From Escherichia coli (GTDB lineage Bacteria; Pseudomonadota; Gammaproteobacteria; Enterobacterales; Enterobacteriaceae): DNA of 64,000 nucleotides. The DNA lies in NCBI RefSeq assembly GCF_003018115.1, contig NZ_CP027457.1. The stretch is one strand, 5' to 3'. Of this stretch, positions 32,925-42,917 are shown piece by piece. Below the pieces are notes generated by a model. That model was not told the DNA's origin. It made no database searches and saw only the letters and a program-made list of their open reading frames with translations. Numbering within the stretch: position 1 is the stretch's first letter; the number at the start of each line of letters is the position of its first letter. A program made the translations under genes and the position numbers.

Positions 32925-33121
32925 CGGTCAAGTATTCAACGTTGTAATATTATTCCTTTTGCTGAGTGTCTCGAACGGCTAAAGTTGACGTAAAATGCCA
33001 CGTTTTGTGGGCAAACCGAATCGGTTAAAAAGCATGGTCCGGGAAAAGCTAAACATCAGCGCTATCGGTGCCAAATGTGCAGCAGGCCTTTCCAGCCTGA
33101 TTACCAGGGCAGGGCGGGATC

Positions 33122-34410
33122 AGGGAAAGATCATCAGAAGTTCACTTTTTGTACTAAATAATTTGCATTTTATATTTAAAAATTGAGATATTCCTCATTA
33201 CCTGAAGCTGTTTTTTATTGCTTATACATGATCAAATACTCCTTACATAATTAAGGAGAACAAAATGGAACTTAAAAAATTGATGGAACATATTTCTATT
33301 ATCCCTGATTACAGACAAGCCTGGAAAGTGGAACATAAATTATCGGATATTCTACTGTTGACTATTTGTGCCGTTATTTCTGGTGCAGAAAGCTGGGAAG
33401 ATATAGAGGATTTTGGTGAAACACATCTCGATTTTTTGAAGCAATATGGTGATTTTGAAAATGGTATTCCTGTTCACGATACCATTGCCAGAGTTGTATC
33501 CTGTATCAGTCCTGCAAAATTTCACGAGTGCTTTATTAACTGGATGCGTGACTGCCATTCTTCAGATGATAAAGACGTCATTGCAATTGATGGAAAAACG
33601 CTCCGGCACTCTTATGACAAGAGTCGCCGCAGGGGAGCGATTCATGTCATTAGTGCGTTCTCAACAATGCACAGTCTGGTCATCGGACAGATCAGGACGG
33701 ATGAGAAATCTAATGAGATTACAGCTATCCCAGAACTTCTTAACATGCTGGATATTAAAGGAAAAATCATCACAACTGATGCGATGGGTTGCCAGAAAGA
33801 TATTGCAGAGAAGATACAAAAACAGGGAGGTGATTATTTATTCGCGGTAAAAGGAAACCAGGGGCGGCTAAATAAAGCCTTTGAGGAAAAATTTCCGCTG
33901 AAAGAATTAAATAATCCAGAGAATGACAGTTACGCAATTAGTGAAAAGAGTCACGGCAGAGAAGAAATCCGTCTTCATATTGTTTGCGATGTCCCTGATG
34001 AACTTATTGATTTCACGTTTGAATGGAAAGGGCTAAAGAAATTATGCGTGGCAGTCTCCTTTCGGTCCATAATAGCAGAACAAAAGAAAGAGCCAGAAAT
34101 GACGGTCAGATATTATATCAGTTCTGTTGATTTAACCGCAGAGAAGTTCGCCACAGCAATCCGAAACCACTGGCACGTGGAGAATAAGCTGCACTGGCGT
34201 CTGGACGTGGTAATGAATGAAGACGACTGCAAAATAAGAAGAGGAAATGCAGCAGAATTATTTTCAGGGATACGGCACATCGCTATTAATATTTTGACTA
34301 ATGATAAGGTATTCAAGGCAGGGTTAAGACGTAAGATGCGAAAAGCAGCCATGGACAGAAACTATCTGGCGTCAGTCCTTGCGGGGAGCGGGCTTTCGTA
34401 ATCTTGCCCT
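33122..34410 (+). mobile_element. H-repeat (H-rpt, ISAs1-family) element, copy 1
   Basis: About 1.29 kb unit bounded by imperfect inverted repeats AGGGAAAGAT ... ATCTTGCCCT; three near-identical copies in the window. Confidence 0.8.
33265..34401 (+). CDS. ISAs1-family transposase (H repeat-associated protein), copy 1
   Basis: 378-aa [31 protein letters not shown]...; DDE-type transposase family. Confidence 0.85.
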   Translation: MELKKLMEHISIIPDYRQAWKVEHKLSDILLLTICAVISGAESWEDIEDFGETHLDFLKQYGDFENGIPVHDTIARVVSCISPAKFHECFINWMRDCHSSDDKDVIAIDGKTLRHSYDKSRRRGAIHVISAFSTMHSLVIGQIRTDEKSNEITAIPELLNMLDIKGKIITTDAMGCQKDIAEKIQKQGGDYLFAVKGNQGRLNKAFEEKFPLKELNNPENDSYAISEKSHGREEIRLHIVCDVPDELIDFTFEWKGLKKLCVAVSFRSIIAEQKKEPEMTVRYYISSVDLTAEKFATAIRNHWHVENKLHWRLDVVMNEDDCKIRRGNAAELFSGIRHIAINILTNDKVFKAGLRRKMRKAAMDRNYLASVLAGSGLS

Positions 34411-35114
34411 GGGGCAACCTGCTTAATGAGGAGAACCCACATCACCTGTATCAGCCATACCGCCTGCCGGGGCAGCAGCATGATGAGGAGTCAGGGCTTT
34501 ATTATAACCGTCACCGGTACTATGACCCGCTACAGGGGAGGTATATCACCCAGGATCCAATCGGGCTAAGAGGTGAATGGAATCTGTATAAATATCCATT
34601 AAACCCTGTTCGGTTTATAGATTCTTTGGGTTTAAAATTCCATGTTAACGGTGATCCAAGTGATTTTAATCAGGCTGTTGAGTATTTAAAACAAGATTCA
34701 CGAATGAAAGAAGCTATAGATTTTTTATCAAGCTCTGAAGAAACCATAAAGATAGAGTATATTGATGAAACCGACGTTAGATTTGACCTGGATAAAATGA
34801 CTATATATTGGAATAGTAAGGCGGCTTTATTTTGTTCAACTGATTTAAAATCGAAATCACAATCACCTGCATTAGGTTTGGGGCATGAGTTTGCTCATGC
34901 GCACTTATATCTTATTGATAAGGATGGTTATATGGGGCTTGTGAGACGTGCGGATGAACAATATAAAAATAAAGAAGAGGCGAGAGTTATCACTTTAATT
35001 GAACAGCATGCGGCGAAAACTTTAGGTGAGTGTACCAGAACAGCATATAATGGAGTGTATTATCGTGTGAATACACCAACGCAGACGGCAACAATAAATG
35101 GCACGCCAGAATAG
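34404..35114 (+). CDS. Orphan Rhs C-terminal fragment with HExxH (zincin-like metallopeptidase) toxin domain (orphan CT-a)
   Basis: Begins at the H-rpt right end with the rhs core 3' end ([18 protein letters not shown]...DPIGL...[13 protein letters not shown]), then a divergent domain containing [10 protein letters not shown]; probably lacks its own start codon. Confidence 0.65.
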   Translation: MPWGNLLNEENPHHLYQPYRLPGQQHDEESGLYYNRHRYYDPLQGRYITQDPIGLRGEWNLYKYPLNPVRFIDSLGLKFHVNGDPSDFNQAVEYLKQDSRMKEAIDFLSSSEETIKIEYIDETDVRFDLDKMTIYWNSKAALFCSTDLKSKSQSPALGLGHEFAHAHLYLIDKDGYMGLVRRADEQYKNKEEARVITLIEQHAAKTLGECTRTAYNGVYYRVNTPTQTATINGTPE

Positions 35115-35575
35115 TGAGATTTTTCATGATGAAATATTTGATGGCTTTATTGTCTCTATTTTCTGCTTCGGTATTGGGGATGGGGCGAGTGAATGATTTA
35201 TGTGGAATAGATAGTGTGAAAACGATAGAAATAATTAATCTTCCAGCATATGTTACCACCTTAACCCCGCTTAGCAAGGAAGGTCTCAAGAGAATATACA
35301 AACATAAAGTGGTGGTGAATGGGGTTAGCGATTTTTATGCTGGTGAGATAATTGATCTATTGCAAATGAAGTATTTCAGGAAGGAGGAGGATAACGATAT
35401 AAGATGGGGGGTTAACATTGTTTCGAATAAAAATAATAAATGTGAAATTTATTTTGATGGTTTTGGTGAATGTGGAAGCGTGAATGGCATTAATGTATGT
35501 TTTGAAAAAAATGAAATGATATATTGGATTAAAAAAGAAATCCCTTTTCTGTCGCAAGAAATAGATGGGCTTTAA
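35114..35575 (+). CDS. Putative secreted immunity protein for orphan CT-a
   Basis: ORF overlapping the toxin stop; likely start at ATG about 35126 (MMKYLMALLSLFSASVLG..., signal peptide); AT-rich. Confidence 0.6.
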   Translation: MRFFMMKYLMALLSLFSASVLGMGRVNDLCGIDSVKTIEIINLPAYVTTLTPLSKEGLKRIYKHKVVVNGVSDFYAGEIIDLLQMKYFRKEEDNDIRWGVNIVSNKNNKCEIYFDGFGECGSVNGINVCFEKNEMIYWIKKEIPFLSQEIDGL

Positions 35576-35651
35576 ATGGTAGGGCAATATTCAAAGACAG
35601 TATAGGTAACTATTTGTATGGACATGTAAGGTAAAAGAAAAGGAATAAACC

Positions 35652-38600
35652 ATGAGCGGAAAACCGGCGGCGCGGCAGGGCGACATGACCCGCAAGGGAC
35701 TGGATATTGTGCAGGGTTCAGCGGGTGTGCTGATAGGTGCGCCGACGGGAGTGGCCTGTTCGGTGTGTCCGGGAGGGATTACCTATGCTAACCCGGTGAA
35801 CCCGGTGCTGGGTGCGAAGGTGCTGCCGGGCGAGACGGACCTTGCGCTGCCCTGCCCGCTGCCGTTTATTCTTTTCCGCGCCTACAGCAGCTACCGGACC
35901 AGAACACCCGCGCCGGTGGGGGTGTTTGGTCCCGGCTGGAAAGCGCCCTTCGATATCCGCTTACAGATACGCGATGAAGGCCTGATACTCAACGACAGCG
36001 GCGGCAGGAGCATTCACTTTGAGCCGCTGTTTCCCGGCGAGATAAGCTACAGCCGCAGCGAGTCACTCTGGCTGGCGCGGGGCGGAGTAGCGGCGCAGCA
36101 CAGTTCGCAGCCGCTAAGCGCGCTCTGGCAGGTGCTGCCGGAAGATGTTCGCCTGAGTCCGCATGTGTACCTGGCGACAAACAGCCTTCAGGGGCCGTGG
36201 TGGATACTCAGCTGGCCGGAGCGGGTGCCGGGGGCGGACGAGGTGCTGCCGCCGGAGCCGCCCGCATACCGGGTGCTGACGGGCGTGGTGGACGGCTTCG
36301 GGCGGACGCTGGCCTTTCACCGGGCAGCGGAGGGTGACGTGGCGGGCGCGGTGACGGGGGTGACGGACGGCGCGGGCCGCCGTTTTCACCTGGTGCTGAC
36401 CACACAGGCGCAGCGGGCGGAAGAGGCCCGTAAACCGCACACCGCTTCGTTATCTTCCCCTGACAGTCCCCGCCCTCTCTCAGCTCCTTCCTTCCCCGAC
36501 ACGCTGCCCGCCGGTACAGAGTACGGTGCCGATAACGGTATCCGGCTGGAGGCGGTATGGCTGACACACGACCCGGCATACCCGGATGAACAGCCGACTG
36601 CGCCGCTGGCGCGCTACACGTACACGGCCGGTGGTGAACTGCGGGCGGTGTATGACCGCAGCGGGACGCAGGTGCGCGGGTTTACTTATGATGCGGAGCA
36701 CGCCGGGCGGATGGTGGCGCACCATTATGCGGGTAGGCCGGAGAGCCGCTACCGGTATGATGATACCGGTCGGGTGACGGAGCAGGTCAACCCGGAGGGG
36801 CTGGACTACCGCTTTGAGTACGGAGAGAGCCGGGTAATCATCACGGACAGCCTGAACCGGCGGGAGGTGCTGTACACGGAAGGCGAGGGTGGCCTGAAGC
36901 GGGTGGTGAAGAAGGAGCATGCCGACGGGAGCATCACCCGCAGCGAGTATGATGAGGCGGGGAGGCTGAAGGCGCAGACGGATGCGGCGGGGCGGCGGAC
37001 GGAGTACCGGCTGCATATGGCGTCTGGAAAGCTGACTTCAGTGGTACTGCCGGACGGCAGGACGGTACGGTATGGTTACAACAACCAGTTGCAACTGACG
37101 TCAGTGACATATCCGGATGGTTTACGCAGCAGCCGGAAATATGACCGTCAGGGCAGGCTGGCGGAAGAGACCTCGCGCAACGGTAACATTACGCGCTGGT
37201 TTTATGATTCTTCCCGCAGTGGCCTGCCCTGTGCGGTGGAAGACGGAACCGGGGTGAGGCGGAGAATAACGCGAAACCGGTACGGTCAGCTTCAGGCGTT
37301 TACGGACTGCTCGGGGTACACGACGCGGTATGAGTATGACCGGTACGGTCAACAAATCGCCGTTCACCGGGAAGAAGGCATCAGCACTTACAGCAGTTAT
37401 AACCCGCGCGGTCAACTGGTCAGTCAGAGGGATGCGCAGGGGCGTGAAACCCGTTATGAGTACAGCGCCGCAGGAGACCTGACAGCAACGGTATCACCGG
37501 ACGGTAAACGCAGCACCATCGCATATGATAAACGCGGGCGTCCGGTGAGTGTGACGGAAGGCGGTCTGACGCGCAGCATGGGGTATGACGCTGCCGGGCG
37601 CATCACCGTGCTGACCAACGAGAACGGCAGCCAGTCCACGTTCCGGTATGACCCGGTTGACAGGCTGACTGAACAGCGCGGTTTTGACGGCCGGACGCAA
37701 CGTTACCACTATGACCTGACCGGAAAACTCACACAGAGTGAAGACGAGGGGCTTATCACCCTCTGGCACTACGATGCGTCGGACCGCATCACGCACCGGA
37801 CGGTGAACGGCGACCCGGCAGAGCAGTGGCAGTATGATGAGCACGGGTGGTTAACCACCCTCAGCCATACCAGTGAAGGCCACCGCGTGTCGGTCCACTA
37901 CGGCTATGACGATAAAGGCCGCCTGACCAGTGAGCGCCAGACGGTGGAGAACCCGGAGACGGAGGAACTGCTGTGGCAGCATGAGACAGAGCACGCATAC
38001 AACGAGCAGGGGCTGGCAAACCGCGTCACGCCGGACAGCCTGCCGCCGGTGGAGTGGCTGACGTATGGCAGCGGCTATCTGGCGGGCATGAAGCTGGGCG
38101 GGACGCCGCTGCTGGAGTTCACGCGCGACCGCCTGCACCGTGAGACGGTGCGCAGCTTCGGCAGCAGGGCAGGCAGTAATGCCGCATATGAACTGACCAG
38201 CACATACACCCCCGCAGGCCAGTTACAGAGTCAGCACCTGAACAGCCTGGTATATGACCGTGACTACGGGTGGAATGACAACGGCGACCTGGTGCGCATC
38301 AGCGGCCCGCGACAGACGCGGGAATACGGCTACAGTGCCACGGGCAGGCTGGAGAGCGTGCGCACCCTCGCACCGGACCTGGACATCCGCATCCCGTATG
38401 CCACGGACCCGGCGGGCAACCGGCTGCCGGACCCGGAGCTGCACCCGGACAGTACCCTCACAGTGTGGCCGGATAACCGCATCGCGAAGGATGCGCACTA
38501 TGTTTACCACTACGATGAATACGGCAGACTGACGGAGAAGACGGACCGCATCCCGGCGGGTGTGATACGGACGGACGACGAGCGGACCCATCACTACCAT

Positions 38601-39845
38601 TACGACAGCCTGCACCGCCTGGTCCATTACATCCGTATCCAATATGAGGAGCCACTGGTGGAGAGCCGCTACCTCTATGATCCGCTGGGCCGCCGGACGG
38701 GTAAACGGGTGTGGCGGCGGGAGCGTGACCTGACGGGGTGGATGTCGCTGTCGCGTAAACCGGAGATGACATGGTACGGCTGGGACGGAGACCGCCTGAC
38801 GACGGTACAGACAGACACCACGCGAATCCAGACGGTCTACCTGCCGGGGAGCTTCACGCCGCTCATCCGCATCGAAACGGAGAACGGCGAACGGGAGAAA
38901 GCGCAGCGTCGCAGTCTGGCGGAGAAGTTACAGTCGGAAGGGAGTGAGGACGGTCACGGTGTGGTGTTCCCGCCTGAACTGGTGATGATGCTGGACAGGC
39001 TGGAGGGAGAGATACGGGCAGACCGCGTGAGCCGTGAAAGTCGCCAGTGGCTGGCGCAGTGCGGACTGACGGTGGAGCAACTGGCCAGACAGGTGGAGCC
39101 GGAATACACACCGGCGCGAAAAGTTCATCTCTATCACTGCGACCACCGTGGCCTGCCGCTGGCGCTCATCAGCGAAGACGGCAATATAGCGTGGAACGCG
39201 GAGTATGATGAGTGGGGCAACATGCTGAACGAGGAGAACCCGCATCACCTGTATCAGCCATACCGCCTTCCGGGTCAGCAGTACGATGAGGAGTCGGGGC
39301 TGTACTATAACCGGAACCGGTACTATGATCCGTTGCAGGGGAGGTATATCACCCAGGACCCGATAGGGCTGATGGGGGGATGGAACCCTTACCTTTATCC
39401 GTTAAATCCTGTCACAAATACTGACCCTCAGGGGTTAGAAGCGATTCTTCCTGGTCCGTTCCCCTTCCCAATTCCATTGCCAAAAAGTCCTGTACAGCAG
39501 GAAGCAGATGCAAATGCAGCAAAAACATTGACAAAATGGTGGAAAAACTTTGGAGATGCCATTAATAATCCGCCACCTCCTGGTAATTGTTCTAATGATT
39601 ATTATGAACATCTGAAAAATCAAAAAGAAGCTATTTGCAACCAAAAAAGAAAGTGTTACCCAACCGATAGTTGTGAAACTATACTTCAGAAAGGTGTGTA
39701 TGGTCTTGCTTGTGTATCAGCAAGGAATAATATTATGAATCAATGTTTTAATGGAGGTGATTTACGGCATCAGCTTGAAAGAGAAACGGTCAGGGGAACT
39801 ATGATGTCATGTACTACATTGGCTGTAATAAAAGGATGTTTATAA
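35652..39845 (+). CDS. Intact PAAR-Rhs polymorphic toxin, copy 2 (1397 aa)
   Basis: AAGGA Shine-Dalgarno; N-terminal PAAR-like region (CSVCPGG), YD repeats, conserved ...PxxxxDPxGL boundary (DPQGL at 39423..39437), variable C-terminus. Confidence 0.9.
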   Translation: MSGKPAARQGDMTRKGLDIVQGSAGVLIGAPTGVACSVCPGGITYANPVNPVLGAKVLPGETDLALPCPLPFILFRAYSSYRTRTPAPVGVFGPGWKAPFDIRLQIRDEGLILNDSGGRSIHFEPLFPGEISYSRSESLWLARGGVAAQHSSQPLSALWQVLPEDVRLSPHVYLATNSLQGPWWILSWPERVPGADEVLPPEPPAYRVLTGVVDGFGRTLAFHRAAEGDVAGAVTGVTDGAGRRFHLVLTTQAQRAEEARKPHTASLSSPDSPRPLSAPSFPDTLPAGTEYGADNGIRLEAVWLTHDPAYPDEQPTAPLARYTYTAGGELRAVYDRSGTQVRGFTYDAEHAGRMVAHHYAGRPESRYRYDDTGRVTEQVNPEGLDYRFEYGESRVIITDSLNRREVLYTEGEGGLKRVVKKEHADGSITRSEYDEAGRLKAQTDAAGRRTEYRLHMASGKLTSVVLPDGRTVRYGYNNQLQLTSVTYPDGLRSSRKYDRQGRLAEETSRNGNITRWFYDSSRSGLPCAVEDGTGVRRRITRNRYGQLQAFTDCSGYTTRYEYDRYGQQIAVHREEGISTYSSYNPRGQLVSQRDAQGRETRYEYSAAGDLTATVSPDGKRSTIAYDKRGRPVSVTEGGLTRSMGYDAAGRITVLTNENGSQSTFRYDPVDRLTEQRGFDGRTQRYHYDLTGKLTQSEDEGLITLWHYDASDRITHRTVNGDPAEQWQYDEHGWLTTLSHTSEGHRVSVHYGYDDKGRLTSERQTVENPETEELLWQHETEHAYNEQGLANRVTPDSLPPVEWLTYGSGYLAGMKLGGTPLLEFTRDRLHRETVRSFGSRAGSNAAYELTSTYTPAGQLQSQHLNSLVYDRDYGWNDNGDLVRISGPRQTREYGYSATGRLESVRTLAPDLDIRIPYATDPAGNRLPDPELHPDSTLTVWPDNRIAKDAHYVYHYDEYGRLTEKTDRIPAGVIRTDDERTHHYHYDSLHRLVHYIRIQYEEPLVESRYLYDPLGRRTGKRVWRRERDLTGWMSLSRKPEMTWYGWDGDRLTTVQTDTTRIQTVYLPGSFTPLIRIETENGEREKAQRRSLAEKLQSEGSEDGHGVVFPPELVMMLDRLEGEIRADRVSRESRQWLAQCGLTVEQLARQVEPEYTPARKVHLYHCDHRGLPLALISEDGNIAWNAEYDEWGNMLNEENPHHLYQPYRLPGQQYDEESGLYYNRNRYYDPLQGRYITQDPIGLMGGWNPYLYPLNPVTNTDPQGLEAILPGPFPFPIPLPKSPVQQEADANAAKTLTKWWKNFGDAINNPPPPGNCSNDYYEHLKNQKEAICNQKRKCYPTDSCETILQKGVYGLACVSARNNIMNQCFNGGDLRHQLERETVRGTMMSCTTLAVIKGCL
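39438..39845 (+). other. Rhs copy 2 C-terminal toxin domain (CT2), Cys-rich, function unknown
   Basis: About 135 aa after DPQGL; Pro-rich linker then Cys-rich segment (CSNDYYEHL...[14 protein letters not shown]...CVSARNN...C); AT-rich. Confidence 0.6.
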
Positions 39846-40370
39846 ATGGGAAAAGACGAGATCATAGATTATATTCAGAAAACGTTTTCTGAATATCCAG
39901 ATTATTTGAAAAATGGGGTCGTTGATGAAGACAACATTGCATATTGCCATGACGCTATAAACCTTTTTTCTGGAAAGAGTTGGATTGAATTAATGGCCAG
40001 TGATCTTTACCATTCTGAAGATGCTGTCATGTGTCTCACTAAACCAGCATTCTCATATTATATTGCAGCCTATTTAAAACTTTTTATTGAAAATTATTAC
40101 GAAGCTGATGCTTTAGTGGATACTATTTTAAATATGCTCACTCCTCCTGTTAGGAATGGTATCCCCAGCACTACATGGATAGCAAAAAATCTTGATTGCT
40201 TTAGTCGTAATAAAAGGGTGGCTATTTCTTTTACATTCCAATATTTATGTAATGAATATAATGATCCAAATACTGAAAAGGCGTTAAATATATATTGGGG
40301 ACAGTATCTGAATGAATCATTGCTTATTAAAAATGTACAGAACTCTAAAAATAAATGTAAATCACAGTAA
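39846..40370 (+). CDS. Putative cytoplasmic immunity protein for Rhs CT2
   Basis: 174-aa ORF whose ATG overlaps the rhs stop (TAAATG); no signal peptide; AT-rich. Confidence 0.65.
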   Translation: MGKDEIIDYIQKTFSEYPDYLKNGVVDEDNIAYCHDAINLFSGKSWIELMASDLYHSEDAVMCLTKPAFSYYIAAYLKLFIENYYEADALVDTILNMLTPPVRNGIPSTTWIAKNLDCFSRNKRVAISFTFQYLCNEYNDPNTEKALNIYWGQYLNESLLIKNVQNSKNKCKSQ

Positions 40371-40374
40371 GACA

Positions 40375-40575
40375 GAATCAAGCAGAAATCGTGGGCGTGG
40401 TTCGCACCCTGACGGAGGGTGTAGCGTGTACTAGATCACAGTGAGCGACATCAAAGCTTGGTCACGTTCTGGCATTACGATGAAGCCGACCGCCTGACGC
40501 ACCGTACCGTGAATGATGAAGATGCCGAGTGCTGGCAGTACAACGAACGGGGCTAGCTGACGGAAAAAGACGAGC
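40375..40575 (+). repeat. Degenerate vgrG-like and rhs-core-like sequence relics
   Basis: 40380..40440 translates to ...EIVGVVRTLTEGVA... (VgrG VG-repeat-like); 40455..40570 translates to [32 protein letters not shown]-stop (Rhs core-like, compare 30115..30230). Confidence 0.55.
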
Positions 40576-40582
40576 AGCGCAT

Positions 40583-41870
40583 AGGGAAAGATCATCAGAA
40601 GTTCACTTTTTGTACTAAATAATTCGCATTTTATGTTTAAAAATTGAGATATTCCTCATTACCTGAAGCTGTTTTTATTGCTTATACATGATCAAATACT
40701 CCTTACATAATTAAGGAGAACAAAATGGAACTTAAAAAACTGATGAAACATATTTCTATTATCCCCGATTACAGACAAGCCAGGAAAGTAGAACATAAAT
40801 TGTCAGATATTCTACTGTTGACTATTTGTGCCGTTATTTCTGGTGCAGAAGGCTGGGAAGATATAGAGGATTTTGGGGAAACACATCTCGATTTTTTGAA
40901 GCAATATGGTGATTTTGAAAATGGCATTCCTGTTCACGATACCATTGCCAGAGTTGTATCCTGTATCAGTCCTGCAAAATTTCACGAGTGCTTTATTAAC
41001 TGGATGCGTGACTGCCATTCTTCAGATGATAAAGACTTCATTGCAATTGATGGAAAAACGCTCCGGCACTCTTATGACAAGAGTCGCCGCAGGGGAGCGA
41101 TTCATGTCATTAGTGCGTTCTCAACAATGCACAGTCTGGTCATCGGACAGATCAAGACGGATGAGAAATCTAATGAGATTACAGCTATCCCAGAACTTCT
41201 TAACATGCTGGATATTAAAGGAAAAATCATCACAACTGATGTGATGGGTTGCCAGAAAGATATTGCAGAGAAGATACAAAAACAGGGAGGTGATTATTTA
41301 TTCGCGGTAAAAGGAAACCAGGGGCGGCTAAATAAAGCCTTTGAGGAAAAATTTCCGCTGAAAGAATTAAATAATCCAGAGCATGACAGTTACGCAATCA
41401 GTGAAAAGAGTCACAGCAGAGAAGAAATCCGTCTTCATATTGTTTGCGATGTCCCTGATGAACTTATTGATTTCACGTTTGAATGGAAAGAGCTGAAGAA
41501 ATTATGCGTGGCAGTCTCCTTTCGGTCAATAATAGCAGAACAAAAGAAAGAGCCAGAAATGACGGTCAGATATTATATCAGTTCTGCTGATTTAACCGCA
41601 GGGAAGTTCGCCACAGCAATCCGAAGCCACTGGCACGTGGAGAATAAGCTGCACTGGCGTCTGGACGTGGTAATGAATGAAGACGACTGCAAAATAAGAA
41701 GAGGAAATGCAGCAGAATTATTTTCAGGGATACGGCACATTGCTATTAATATTTTGACGAATGATAAGGTATTCAAGGCAGGGTTAAGACGTAAGATGCG
41801 AAAAGCAGCCATGGACAGAAACTATCTGGCGTCAGTCCTTGTGGGGAGCGGGCTTTCGTAATCTTGCCCT
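40583..41870 (+). mobile_element. H-repeat (ISAs1-family) element, copy 2
   Basis: Same terminal sequences as copy 1. Confidence 0.8.
40725..41861 (+). CDS. ISAs1-family transposase (H repeat-associated protein), copy 2
   Basis: 378-aa ORF nearly identical to copy 1 with a few substitutions. Confidence 0.85.
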   Translation: MELKKLMKHISIIPDYRQARKVEHKLSDILLLTICAVISGAEGWEDIEDFGETHLDFLKQYGDFENGIPVHDTIARVVSCISPAKFHECFINWMRDCHSSDDKDFIAIDGKTLRHSYDKSRRRGAIHVISAFSTMHSLVIGQIKTDEKSNEITAIPELLNMLDIKGKIITTDVMGCQKDIAEKIQKQGGDYLFAVKGNQGRLNKAFEEKFPLKELNNPEHDSYAISEKSHSREEIRLHIVCDVPDELIDFTFEWKELKKLCVAVSFRSIIAEQKKEPEMTVRYYISSADLTAGKFATAIRSHWHVENKLHWRLDVVMNEDDCKIRRGNAAELFSGIRHIAINILTNDKVFKAGLRRKMRKAAMDRNYLASVLVGSGLS

Positions 41871-42486
41871 GCCAGGGCAGCAACACGATGAGGAGTCGGG
41901 GCTGTATTATAACCGTCACCGGTACTACGATCCGTTGCAGGGGTGGTATATCATCCAGGACCCGATTGGGCTGAAGGGGGGATGGAATCTGTACCAATAT
42001 CCGCTGAATCCAGTGCAACACGTTGATCCATTAGGGCTTAGTACTATGATAATAGGTAACGGCCCCGTTCCTGATAATCCTTTTGGGCATGCTGCGGCGG
42101 CAAATCGATATGGATTAATGAGTTCGGGAACTGGGGATGAGATGGGAGCCTCTGTCTCTGATTATTTTAAAAAGATGCAACCCCGCAGAGATACCTGGAT
42201 TTGGATAATAGATACAACAGATGAAGAAGAACAATGTATGATGAATAAGGCAATAGACCTTAATAAAAAACTAAAAACTATTAACCTCGGGCCTCTTCCT
42301 GTTTTAAATAATTGTTTTAGCCGAACGAACATGATTTTTGAGGCGTGCGGGTTTAACAACCCCTCTATGAATACAAATGCGCCTATAAGCCTACAAGTGC
42401 TCGGTGAGCTTTATGGATATCAAAGATATATTATGCCTAAAGGTCCTTTCACTGGATTCCCATTTGAATTTCAAGAGGTAAAGTAA
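41839..42486 (+). CDS. Orphan Rhs C-terminal fragment with unknown toxin domain (orphan CT-b)
   Basis: From the H-rpt right end: [35 protein letters not shown]...[13 protein letters not shown], then a divergent about 149-aa domain ([10 protein letters not shown]..., two Cys). Confidence 0.6.
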   Translation: MWGAGFRNLALPGQQHDEESGLYYNRHRYYDPLQGWYIIQDPIGLKGGWNLYQYPLNPVQHVDPLGLSTMIIGNGPVPDNPFGHAAAANRYGLMSSGTGDEMGASVSDYFKKMQPRRDTWIWIIDTTDEEEQCMMNKAIDLNKKLKTINLGPLPVLNNCFSRTNMIFEACGFNNPSMNTNAPISLQVLGELYGYQRYIMPKGPFTGFPFEFQEVK

Positions 42487-42885
42487 ATGGAAATGCTTGG
42501 GAAGATATTATTGATAATTATTTCCATGATAATTATATCTTGTGATTATTATAATGCTGGCATGGACTATCAAGATAATATAGCCCTCGAGCAAGTCGTA
42601 ACATGGGATTCTGATAATATATTCACACCTAATATCTTTGAACATAATGGAAGATGTTTTATGAAGAAAAATGAAACATGGATGTTATTAAATGGAGATG
42701 CAACACCAAACATTAGAACAATGAGCAATAAGAAAATAGAATGCCTGGAGAAGAGTGAAGTAGAATGGGCTAGTAGGGTTTGCGACAGTATCACAGACAA
42801 GGAAAGGGAAAATCTGAAGGCATTAATATGTAGCAAACCAGCTAAATCAGTTAATACAGGCAAAAGACCAGCGTTAGGATATTGA
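42487..42885 (+). CDS. Putative lipoprotein immunity protein for orphan CT-b
   Basis: 132-aa ORF abutting the toxin stop; N-terminal hydrophobic segment ending in a lipobox-like IISC. Confidence 0.6.
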   Translation: MEMLGKILLIIISMIIISCDYYNAGMDYQDNIALEQVVTWDSDNIFTPNIFEHNGRCFMKKNETWMLLNGDATPNIRTMSNKKIECLEKSEVEWASRVCDSITDKERENLKALICSKPAKSVNTGKRPALGY

Positions 42886-42917
42886 AACCGGCACTGCACT
42901 CTATCACTATTACAATC

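Noticed and set aside
32995-33186. 63-aa ORF (MPRFVGKPNRLKSMVREK...) between imm1 and H-rpt copy 1
   Set aside because: It crosses the H-rpt left boundary, so it cannot be a coherent gene; the upstream part might be a relic of something, but I cannot assign it.
33352-34352. Small ORFs on both strands inside each H-rpt transposase gene (repeated in all three copies)
   Set aside because: They are nested within the 378-aa transposase ORF and recur only because the element is repeated.
35989-39248. Antisense and alternative-frame ORFs inside rhs copy 2 (e.g. 36480..37016, 38223..38642)
   Set aside because: Same GC-rich artefact as in copy 1; they mirror the copy 1 artefacts.
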